The notes below the pieces were generated by a model. That model made no database searches and was not told the DNA's origin. It saw only the letters and a list, made by a program, of their open reading frames with translations. Positions 43,339 to 51,399 of a stretch of 64,000 nucleotides of DNA are shown here, one piece after another (the first letter of the stretch is position 1; each line of letters begins with the position of its first letter). Made by a program: the position numbers and the translations under genes. Origin of the DNA: Gemmatimonadota bacterium (GTDB taxonomy: Bacteria > Gemmatimonadota > Gemmatimonadetes > Palauibacterales > Palauibacteraceae); NCBI GenBank assembly GCA_039588275.1, contig JBDHAC010000027.1, forward strand, positions 32,070-96,069. Reading direction: 5' to 3'.

Positions 43339-43460
43339 GTGCGTGCTTTGCCGTGTCGACAGGCTGTCGTACGGCGGCACCTGTGTGGGTAGTCCGATCA
43401 AGGTGATTCGTCAGGGGAGCGGGGTGATCGTCGGTCGCGGCGTGATGGAGGCCTAGGATC

Positions 43461-45755
43461 GTGAGCATTAACCAGCTATTCCGCCGTCTGTCGATCCGGG
43501 CGAAACTGCTGATCGCATTTGTATTCCTCGCCGTCGTGCCATTGGTCATCATGGCCACTTTGGGGGTGCGACACACGATTCGTCAGGTTCGAGCGCTCGC
43601 ACGAACGACGCTCGAGAATGATCTGGCGGTGGCACGCACACAAACGGAGCGAGCCCTCGCGGAGGTCGAGCGCGATGTGGCGTACCTCACCTCCCACGTG
43701 CTCGGCCCTCTGATTGCTCAGCCCCCGAAAGATCCGTGGGAGGAAGCGGGTCTGGCGGCGTCCGAGTTCCTCAGCTTCAAACCCGCGCTGTTTCGCGTGA
43801 AGGTCATCGATGTGAACGGCCGCGTGATCCTGGTGGTCTACGCATCGGGGAGCGAGGTGCCCACTCCAGCCCAAGATGAGGAGGGGTTGTACTACGCTCT
43901 GCGGGCAAGCTCTCTGCAACCTGGTGAGCATCTCCTACTGCCGGTTGAGCTGCGTAGGGTTCCCGAGCAAGCCGGAGCGACGGAGACAGTTCCGGCGATC
44001 GCGATTCTGAATGCTGTCAGAAGCCCGGACGGTTCGGTGCTGGGCGCTGTCGTCGGGGAGGCACACGCGTCCGCCCTGTTCGCGCCGCTCGAAGCGAGCT
44101 CGCCGCAATTCGGCGGCGTTACGGGGCTCATCGACTCCGAAGGCCTCTACCTGTACCACTCGACTCGAAAGCGAGACTGGTCGAGCCTGCTTGCGTTGCG
44201 CTCCGAGGTGGACATCCGCAGCGAGCTGGCGCCTGAGGCGGTTGAGGTCATGCTCTCGGGTCAGACGGCGGAGACGATGCCCACCACGGACCAGCAGATC
44301 GTCAGTTATGTCCGTCTCCCCTTGGCCGGTACGGGCATTCCTCCCCTCGTACTGTATCGCCTGGTTCCTTTGTCGGCTCTGGAGGCCGGTGTGCGAAGCT
44401 TCCTGGGCATGGTAGGAATCGGGGGGCTGGTGGTGTTGAGCCTGGTGCTGGGGCTGGGGACGCTCGCCGCTCATCAGTTCACCCAACCCATCTATCAACT
44501 CCGACAGGGAGCCCGACGGCTGGCCCGAGGAGAGTCGGAGGGCCCGCTCGAGATTACGACGAGGGATGAACTGGAGGATCTGGCAAACGACTTTTCGGTC
44601 ATGGCGAGATCGCTGGTGGATCAGCGGCAAAAGCTGGAGGAGCTTGTACGGGAGCGTACGCACGCGCTGCGCGAAGTGCACGCGGAGTTGGCGGGGATTC
44701 TCGAACATTCCGCGGACGCGATCATTGGAACGGACATGGAAAGTCGGGTGCGCGTCTGGAACGACGGGGCCAAATCACTGTTCGGCTACACGGCCACCGA
44801 GGTGCATGGCCGTCCGCTCGACGACCTGCTTCTGCCATCGGGGGACAGTTGGCTGGAAGAGGCCGCGTTCCTGCGTCGCGAGGCTGGTGCGCAGGGAGCA
44901 GTCGTGAACTACCAGACGCGCAGGGTAACCCGCGATGGCACCGTGAATCCCGTGAGCCTGACGCAATCCATCATCCGTGGCACGGACGGGCAACCGATCG
45001 GCTACTCGGTCATCATCCGGGACACGCGGATGCAGGCGAGGCTGCAAGAGCAAATGCACCGTTCGGAGAGCCTGGCGACGGTCAGCGTGATGGCGGCAGG
45101 CCTCGCCCACGAACTGGGCAATCCACTCGCCGTCATCGGCAATCGCATCGAGTGCATGGAGCAGGAGATCAAAGAGCACCGCGAAGGCGAATTCCTGAAT
45201 GAAGACCTGGTGACTCTCCGCGAACACGTACGCCGTCTGGACGGTGTGATCAGGGACATGTTGAGCCTCGCACGCGAAGGTGCCGGGGATGACGAGAGCG
45301 TGGCGCTCAACGCCGTGGCCGCCAGGGTGGTACGTATCCTCGAGCGCACGTACGTGGCAAGGAAGGTCAGACTGGAGACCGATTTCGATGACTCCCTGCC
45401 TACCCTCACCGGCAGTGAGAAGGCGATCGAGACGGTGTGCGTCAACCTGATGATGAACGCGCTCGATGCGACGCCGCGTGAGGGCACCGTCTCCGTGAGG
45501 ACCCTGGCCAGCGACGGAGGCGGGGCCGTGGATCTGGAGGTAGAGGACACCGGGTCGGGCATCCCCGCCGAGTTGCGGCACCGAATCTTCGAGCCGTTCT
45601 TCACGACCAAAAAGGCCGGGCGCGGGACAGGGCTCGGTCTCGCCGTGTGTCGCAGCATCGTCGAGCGACACGGCGGAAGCATCACCGTACAGAGCCAGCC
45701 GGGGAGCGGAAGTCGCTTCACCGTTTCGCTCCCCGTCAGACGGTTTGAAATCTGA
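43461..45755 (+). CDS. Sensor histidine kinase (periplasmic Cache-like, HAMP, PAS, HisKA, HATPase)
   Basis: Two TM, RDELEDLANDF HAMP, WNDGAKSLFGY PAS, AHELGNPL, NLMMNA, DTGSG, FEPFFTTK, GTGLGL. Confidence 0.93.
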   Translation: MSINQLFRRLSIRAKLLIAFVFLAVVPLVIMATLGVRHTIRQVRALARTTLENDLAVARTQTERALAEVERDVAYLTSHVLGPLIAQPPKDPWEEAGLAASEFLSFKPALFRVKVIDVNGRVILVVYASGSEVPTPAQDEEGLYYALRASSLQPGEHLLLPVELRRVPEQAGATETVPAIAILNAVRSPDGSVLGAVVGEAHASALFAPLEASSPQFGGVTGLIDSEGLYLYHSTRKRDWSSLLALRSEVDIRSELAPEAVEVMLSGQTAETMPTTDQQIVSYVRLPLAGTGIPPLVLYRLVPLSALEAGVRSFLGMVGIGGLVVLSLVLGLGTLAAHQFTQPIYQLRQGARRLARGESEGPLEITTRDELEDLANDFSVMARSLVDQRQKLEELVRERTHALREVHAELAGILEHSADAIIGTDMESRVRVWNDGAKSLFGYTATEVHGRPLDDLLLPSGDSWLEEAAFLRREAGAQGAVVNYQTRRVTRDGTVNPVSLTQSIIRGTDGQPIGYSVIIRDTRMQARLQEQMHRSESLATVSVMAAGLAHELGNPLAVIGNRIECMEQEIKEHREGEFLNEDLVTLREHVRRLDGVIRDMLSLAREGAGDDESVALNAVAARVVRILERTYVARKVRLETDFDDSLPTLTGSEKAIETVCVNLMMNALDATPREGTVSVRTLASDGGGAVDLEVEDTGSGIPAELRHRIFEPFFTTKKAGRGTGLGLAVCRSIVERHGGSITVQSQPGSGSRFTVSLPVRRFEI

Positions 45756-47146
45756 TGGCCGACCCACGTGTCCTGATCGTCGATGACGAGCTGGCGATGC
45801 TCGAGAACTGTTGTCGACTGCTCAGTCGGGAGGGGTACGTCTGCGATACCCTCTCACAGCCGGTCGACTTTCGAGATCGTCTCGCCATGACGCAGCCCGA
45901 TGTGGTCCTCTTGGATCTCCGTATGCCGGAGGTCGATGGAATGACCCTGCTTACTGTGGCGCTGGCCGATGACCCGACCCTCCCGGTCATCATCATGACG
46001 GCCTACGCGACAGTCTCGTCCGCAGTCCACGCGATCCGCGAGGGGGCGTTCGACTATCTGACGAAGCCGTTCAGGGGTGAGGAGCTTCTAATCGCTGTGG
46101 AGCGGGCCATCCGTCATCGCGAGCTGGCCAGGGAGAACAAGGTGCTGCGAGAGCGGATGGCACGCGGAGCCGACAGAGAGACACTCGTCGGCTCCAGTCC
46201 CGTGATGGTCAGACTGATGCAACGGATGGAGAAGGTGGCGGCAGCCGAGGCCAACGTTCTGATAACGGGTGAAAGCGGAACGGGCAAAGAGCTGATCGCT
46301 CGAACCATTCATGAGCTGAGCGAGCGGAAGAGGCATCGCTTCGTGCCCGTAGACTGTGCAGCCCTGCCCGAGGGTCTGCTGGAGAGCGAGCTGTTCGGGC
46401 ACGAGCGCGGCGCTTTCACCAGTGCGGACGCTCGAAAGATCGGGCTACTCGAGGACGGAAACCACGGCACCGTGTTTCTGGACGAAGTCGCCGAGCTCAG
46501 CCAGCCGCTGCAGTCCAAGCTCCTGCGCGTACTCGAGGAGCGAAAGGTGCGACGGGTCGGCGGGAACGAGCTGATCGAAGTGGACATACGTGTGATCGCT
46601 GCCACCAATCAGGAGCTTGATAAAGCGGTCGCGGACGGTCGGTTCCGCGAGGATCTGTACTATCGCCTCAAGGTCGTACCGATCCAAGTTCCTCCGCTTC
46701 GGGATCGAGCCGGTGATATCGCTTTATTGGCGCAGGGGTTCCTCGCGCGGTATTCCGCCGCCCAGGGGAAGGAGGCGCCGAGAATCTCACCGGATGTTTG
46801 GGATCTGTTGGAGCGCTACGATTGGCCGGGAAATGTCCGAGAGCTCAAGAACCTCGTCGAACGACTCGTGGTGTTGGACGAGGACGGCTTCGTCTCGCTT
46901 GCCCACCTTCCGGAGTCACTCAGACCGCCCGTGAGGCTCTCCAGGCCGCCTGGGGCTACGGCGCCTGAGTCCTACGAGGAGGCCCGCGAGGCAGCTCTGC
47001 GCGCCTTCAAGGCTGACTACGTCGCACAGCTCCTCGGCGCGAACGACGGCAACGTCTCGAAAGCGGCCCGACAAGCGGGCGTCAGCCGGCGCACCTTTCA
47101 CCGATGGCTTGCGGGGCTTGGTCAAGCGGGCGGAGCGAAGCCATGA
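45755..47146 (+). CDS. Sigma-54-dependent response regulator (NtrC/AtoC family)
   Basis: Receiver VDDE/LLD/KP; AAA+ GESGTGKE, GAFTSA, FLDEV, FREDLYYRL, WPGNVREL; Fis-type HTH; TGATG coupling to the kinase. Confidence 0.95.
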   Translation: MADPRVLIVDDELAMLENCCRLLSREGYVCDTLSQPVDFRDRLAMTQPDVVLLDLRMPEVDGMTLLTVALADDPTLPVIIMTAYATVSSAVHAIREGAFDYLTKPFRGEELLIAVERAIRHRELARENKVLRERMARGADRETLVGSSPVMVRLMQRMEKVAAAEANVLITGESGTGKELIARTIHELSERKRHRFVPVDCAALPEGLLESELFGHERGAFTSADARKIGLLEDGNHGTVFLDEVAELSQPLQSKLLRVLEERKVRRVGGNELIEVDIRVIAATNQELDKAVADGRFREDLYYRLKVVPIQVPPLRDRAGDIALLAQGFLARYSAAQGKEAPRISPDVWDLLERYDWPGNVRELKNLVERLVVLDEDGFVSLAHLPESLRPPVRLSRPPGATAPESYEEAREAALRAFKADYVAQLLGANDGNVSKAARQAGVSRRTFHRWLAGLGQAGGAKP

Positions 47147-47769
47147 AGAGGACGTTTCCGTGGCTCGCGGCGTTCCTTGCACAATTGCTCATTCATGCAC
47201 CCATCGCAGCCCAGCCCGTCACCATCGAGGGGGTCGTGCGCGCGTCCGGAAGGGTCGCAGATCTCGTCGTTTACCTCATTTCGGCGACCCCGTTCGGGCC
47301 GCCCAAACCTCAGACTACTCCGTTCATCGACCAGGTGCGGCTCCGGTTCGTGCCCGCCGTCCTCGCGGTGTCAGCAGGCTCAACGGTCGAGTTCCGAAAC
47401 AGCGATCCGATCCTGCACAACGTCTTCAGTCCGGAGGGCCCCGGGCCCGGCTTCGACCTGGGCACCTATCCTCGGACCGAATCGCGCTCCCACACGTTCA
47501 CCGAACTCGGATCACACGTCATACTCTGTCACGTCCATCCCGAGATGTACGCCTACGTGATCGTCGTCCCGACGCCGTATCACGCCATGGTGAACGAGGA
47601 CGGCACCTTTCGGATCGATGGCGTCCCTCCAGGGCGATACACCCTGAATGTCGTTGAGCGTCGACAGAACCGTTTCTCTCGAAACATCGCGCTGGAAGGC
47701 AATGATGGATTCAATCTGTTGCTCGACCTGACCACAGACGAGCTGGAGGTCCGTAGTCGTGGCCGATAG
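47143..47769 (+). CDS. Exported cupredoxin-like protein with type-1 copper ligand set and prealbumin-like flanking domain
   Basis: Signal peptide; HNVFS plus CHVHPEM (Cys-X2-His-X2-Met); ATGA overlap with the regulator. Confidence 0.75.
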   Translation: MKRTFPWLAAFLAQLLIHAPIAAQPVTIEGVVRASGRVADLVVYLISATPFGPPKPQTTPFIDQVRLRFVPAVLAVSAGSTVEFRNSDPILHNVFSPEGPGPGFDLGTYPRTESRSHTFTELGSHVILCHVHPEMYAYVIVVPTPYHAMVNEDGTFRIDGVPPGRYTLNVVERRQNRFSRNIALEGNDGFNLLLDLTTDELEVRSRGR

Positions 47770-49192
47770 CGCAAACCGGTTCTCGCTCGCGGCGTTGACG
47801 CTCGCTGTGATGGGCATCGTCGGAACCGGAGCCGCGTCTCCTGCATCCGTGACGCGCAGCTCGCACCCGAATGTGCTTGCCGACATCCCGGCATTCGCCC
47901 GGAAGTATCGCACCGGCTGCTCCACGTGCCATACGGCGGCCCCCAAGCTGAACGTGCTCGGCGAGGCCTTCCGGCTGAACGGGTACAAGTTCCCCGAAAA
48001 CGACGCACTGCTCCGAAGAGACGAGCCGGTACCATTGGGGGCGGACCCCTGGAAAGATCTTTGGCCGCGCGCGATCTGGCCGGGTGAACTACCGGGCGGT
48101 GTCCCGATCGCGGTGGGGCTCCGGAGCGACATACAGTACACACGAGATCCCGACGCAGGTGCCACCTGGGATTTCTTGTTTCCGGAAGAGCTATACATCG
48201 TCGCCGGCAGCAGCCTCGGCCAGAGTGTCAGCGCTTACTTGTCCACCGAGTGGACTCCTGGCGAGGGCGTCGAAGTGGATCAGGCGAAGGTGGAGCTTCA
48301 GGATCTCGTACCGGGGCTGCCGGCGAGGGCGGTCAACCTCTGGATCGGATTCCAGAAACTGTACCCGTTGACGTTTGCCGATCGATACATCGACGGCGCT
48401 GCGCGTCAAGGCTTCATGTGGCAGAGCTTCCGGGCCTCCGATCTCGACCTGGTTAATCCCGCGACCGGCGAGAGCGTCCGATCATCCAATGACTTTCGGC
48501 TCCGCCATAGTCAGGCAGCCATCGAGATCAACGGGCTCGGGGCAGGACGGTTCTATTACGGGCTGGGGGTCAGTCAGGGTGCGAGTGGCTTGAGCCGTGA
48601 CAACAACGCGCGAAAGGACTTCTTCTACAAGCTCCGATACAAGCTCGGCGGCCTGCGGCTCGACGGACGCTACGATAGCGCTGGCGTGCTGCCTGAGGGG
48701 GCCGGAGGGCAGCTTCTGGATAAGACCCTGACCGTCGAGCACTTCGGCTATTTCGGTGCCGAACCCGTGGAGGGTGGGAGGCAGGATACTCACCAGTCGT
48801 TCGGAGTGAGCGCTCGCGCGCGGTACGGCCGTGCCGATCTCGGCCTCGGGTTCGTGTGGGGGACTCACGAGAATCCCTGGGGCGACATCGCGGCGGGCGA
48901 GCTCTCCCATTCGAGCCTGTTCGCGAAGGGAGAGTACCTGGTGTATCCGTGGCTCATCGGGTCGCTGAAGTTCGAGACGTTCGACGCTGACGTGCCAACT
49001 GAGATCCGCGTGGCCGGGTACAGTGAGGGTAGCGCCGACCAGACCAGGCTCCTGCCGGGGGTGATCGCGCTTTTGCGTCAGAACGTCCGGGCCGTGGTGG
49101 AGGCCGAGTTGTTTACGGAGCACGCGCTGAACGCATCCGTCGGCAAGCCTAGGCCCCATTCCCTTTGGTTCCGCCTCGAGGTCGCCTACTGA
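47759..49192 (+). CDS. Cyc2-like fused monoheme cytochrome c / outer-membrane beta-barrel
   Basis: Signal peptide; IPAFARKY-x3-CSTCH-x3-PKLNVLGEAFRLNGY; amphipathic beta strands; C-terminal FRLEVAY; GGAGG RBS. Confidence 0.8.
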   Translation: MADSANRFSLAALTLAVMGIVGTGAASPASVTRSSHPNVLADIPAFARKYRTGCSTCHTAAPKLNVLGEAFRLNGYKFPENDALLRRDEPVPLGADPWKDLWPRAIWPGELPGGVPIAVGLRSDIQYTRDPDAGATWDFLFPEELYIVAGSSLGQSVSAYLSTEWTPGEGVEVDQAKVELQDLVPGLPARAVNLWIGFQKLYPLTFADRYIDGAARQGFMWQSFRASDLDLVNPATGESVRSSNDFRLRHSQAAIEINGLGAGRFYYGLGVSQGASGLSRDNNARKDFFYKLRYKLGGLRLDGRYDSAGVLPEGAGGQLLDKTLTVEHFGYFGAEPVEGGRQDTHQSFGVSARARYGRADLGLGFVWGTHENPWGDIAAGELSHSSLFAKGEYLVYPWLIGSLKFETFDADVPTEIRVAGYSEGSADQTRLLPGVIALLRQNVRAVVEAELFTEHALNASVGKPRPHSLWFRLEVAY

Positions 49193-49203
49193 CACTTCGC
49201 CCG

Positions 49204-49244
49204 GTGTGACGCTCGCTGACACACTGGGACCGCCATCGTCACAC
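49204..49244. promoter_or_regulatory. Candidate tandem enhancer (UAS) for the sigma-54 activator
   Basis: GTGTGAC-N7-GACACAC (49204-49224) and CTGGGAC-N7-GTCACAC (49224-49244), two imperfect palindromes 20 bp apart. Confidence 0.55.
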
Positions 49245-49351
49245 TCTCCTCGCGCGGCCTACAGCCGACACGGAAGCCGGCCGCACTCATAATCGGTTGT
49301 CGTAACACACCATACAGGCTCCGCACGCGAACGCGCCCACCGAACCACGTT

Positions 49352-49367
49352 GGGCGTACTCCGTGCA
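49352..49367 (+). promoter_or_regulatory. Candidate sigma-54 -24/-12 promoter
   Basis: GGGCGTACTCCGTGCA with GG(49353-54)-N10-GC(49365-66) spacing, upstream of the porin gene. Confidence 0.5.
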
Positions 49368-49490
49368 TGGGTGGCATGTCGAGCTCCTGCGGATCTGATC
49401 GCTCGTCGGCCGGCGAGCCGTTTTCGTTCCGCACACGAATTCCCCTCCGGACCGTTGAGTCCGGGTGCCAGTCGGAAGGGAGGCTCGGCC

Positions 49491-50543
49491 ATGCGAAGGT
49501 TTTTTGAGTGCCGATGGGCCGGTGTCCTGGTTTTGGGCCTGTTGGCGGCGGTCGTCAGTACCGGTCGCCTCCATGCCCAGGGTCTGATCGTCAGCGGGTA
49601 CGGAGATATTGAGTGGACGTTGGAAGACCGGGGTGAGGAGGACGGTTGGAGGCACGCGTTCGACAACCACCACATCAACCTGATCCTGCTCGGTGCCATT
49701 CTCGACGACCTGCTCGTCGGGGTCGAGGTGGAGTACGAGCATGCCGGAGAGGAGATCGTGCTGGAGTACGGGTACCTGGCGTATACGGGTATCAAGGGTC
49801 TGCGGATCGCCGGCGGGAAGTTCATCATTCCGTTCAATAAGTGGAACAAGGACATCCACCCGACCTGGATGAGCCGCATGCCGGGGCGGCCGCTGACGTA
49901 CGTCAACGTGTTCCCGTCGACGTACTCAGATGTCGGCGTTTGGCTGTCTGGAGGGGCTCCGGTCGGAGGAGGGTCTCGCGTCGTATACGACGCGTACATC
50001 GTGAACGGGCTGGAAGGTGACCCGGACGCCACGAGCTTCCGGGGGCTGCGCGACAATGATCGGGAGCGCCCCCGCCGTGGCAACAACAAGGCAGTCGGGG
50101 GAAGGCTCGGAGTGGAGCTCGCGGCCGGTCTGGGCCTGGGCGTGTCCGCGTACACGGGCGACTACGCCGAGGACGAGAACGAGAATGGTCTCGGGATCAC
50201 CTTCTTCGGCGCGGACATCGACTACAGCAGGAACAACCTGGATCTGCGCGCCGAGTTCGTGACGGCGAACCAGGACCTGACGGTGCCCGGTCGCAACAAG
50301 CGCACCGGGTTCTACGCTCAGGCCGCGTATGAGATCAACCGGTTCGAGCCGGTCGTGCGCTACTCGTGGGTCGACTTCGAGGAGGACTCGGGCGACACGT
50401 CCGAGCTCGGGATCGGGTTCAGTTATTACGTGGGCTCGTCCTCGGCGTTTCGGTTGGCCTACTTCATCAACACGGAGCGGCACGGGACCGATTTCAAGAG
50501 GGACAACAACAAGCTCATGTCGCAATTCGTCATCGCATTCTGA
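49491..50543 (+). CDS. Outer-membrane porin-like beta-barrel protein
   Basis: Signal peptide ending LHA-Q; alternating beta strands, NNKAVGGRLG, GFYAQAAY, terminal Phe; GGGAGG RBS. Confidence 0.8.
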   Translation: MRRFFECRWAGVLVLGLLAAVVSTGRLHAQGLIVSGYGDIEWTLEDRGEEDGWRHAFDNHHINLILLGAILDDLLVGVEVEYEHAGEEIVLEYGYLAYTGIKGLRIAGGKFIIPFNKWNKDIHPTWMSRMPGRPLTYVNVFPSTYSDVGVWLSGGAPVGGGSRVVYDAYIVNGLEGDPDATSFRGLRDNDRERPRRGNNKAVGGRLGVELAAGLGLGVSAYTGDYAEDENENGLGITFFGADIDYSRNNLDLRAEFVTANQDLTVPGRNKRTGFYAQAAYEINRFEPVVRYSWVDFEEDSGDTSELGIGFSYYVGSSSAFRLAYFINTERHGTDFKRDNNKLMSQFVIAF

Positions 50544-50555
50544 GGAGCTAGCCAA

Positions 50556-51188
50556 ATGACCAAGCAATCGATGCTCAAGACGGCGCTGGCCGGCACGACC
50601 GTGCTCGCTGCCTTGTTGGCAGCTCCTTCGCCGGCCTCGACGCAGGAGTCGGGCGCGGAGGTCTGGGGCCGAACGTGCGGACGGTGTCACCGGATGCAGC
50701 CGCCGAACAAATACGACGCCCGGCATTGGGAGGCGATCGTCCGACATATGGCGCTCAACGCACGGATGACCGCCGATGAGGAAGCCGCGGTGAGCGAGTT
50801 CCTCATGGGGGCCGCACGGCGCCTGGCGGCGGAGAGCCCGAGCGAGGGTTCTGTCGAGGTCGCGCAGTTGGCATCCGTGGACCCCGCCATCGTGGTCGCC
50901 GAACTCATCGCTCGAGCAGAGGGCGACGCGATCTACAAGAAGCAGTGTGCCGCCTGCCATGGTGACAGCGGAGAGGGAGACGGTCCTGCCGCCGGTGCGT
51001 TCAACCCGAAGCCGACGGATTTGACGGACGCCGATCGGATGAGCGAGTTGACCGACGATCAGCTGCTGACGGTTCTGAAGGATGGGAAAGGAGCGATGCC
51101 GGGCTTCTCGGCCATCCTGAAGATCGAAGACCTGCAGGCCCTGATCGAGTACCTCCGGACGCTAACCGATGGGGACGACGGCAGGTAA
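50556..51188 (+). CDS. Periplasmic diheme c-type cytochrome
   Basis: Signal peptide; CGRCH and CAACH; candidate distal Met in RHM and GAMPGF; GAGGAG RBS. Confidence 0.9.
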   Translation: MTKQSMLKTALAGTTVLAALLAAPSPASTQESGAEVWGRTCGRCHRMQPPNKYDARHWEAIVRHMALNARMTADEEAAVSEFLMGAARRLAAESPSEGSVEVAQLASVDPAIVVAELIARAEGDAIYKKQCAACHGDSGEGDGPAAGAFNPKPTDLTDADRMSELTDDQLLTVLKDGKGAMPGFSAILKIEDLQALIEYLRTLTDGDDGR

Positions 51189-51284
51189 TCAAGCAGGAAG
51201 ACGGACAGGTGACTAGGGCATGAGCCAATCAAGCGGATGAATCGCTCCGTTTCGAGGCGGAAGAATGGCTCGATAAGACCCTGG

Positions 51285-51359
51285 GCCGGGGCCCGTTGCC
51301 CGACGTGAGCTTTGCCCCAAGCAGGAGCTCAGCATGGCGTCGGGGAGCGGGTCCCCGGC
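51285..51359. terminator. Long GC-rich stem-loop between convergent genes (possible terminator/stabiliser)
   Basis: Nested stems GCCGGGG/CCCCGGC, CCCGACG/CGTCGGG, TGAGCT/AGCTCA; no U-tract. Confidence 0.4.
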
Positions 51360-51399
51360 GCATCTCCACGATCCCCAATCGTCAACGGGGCGAAGGGGG

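Noticed and set aside
49371..49386. Alternative sigma-54 promoter starting TGGCAT
   Set aside because: No GC at the required GG-N10-GC spacing
51285..51359. SRP RNA or tRNA
   Set aside because: No SRP GNRA-loop/internal-loop signature and no cloverleaf or T-loop
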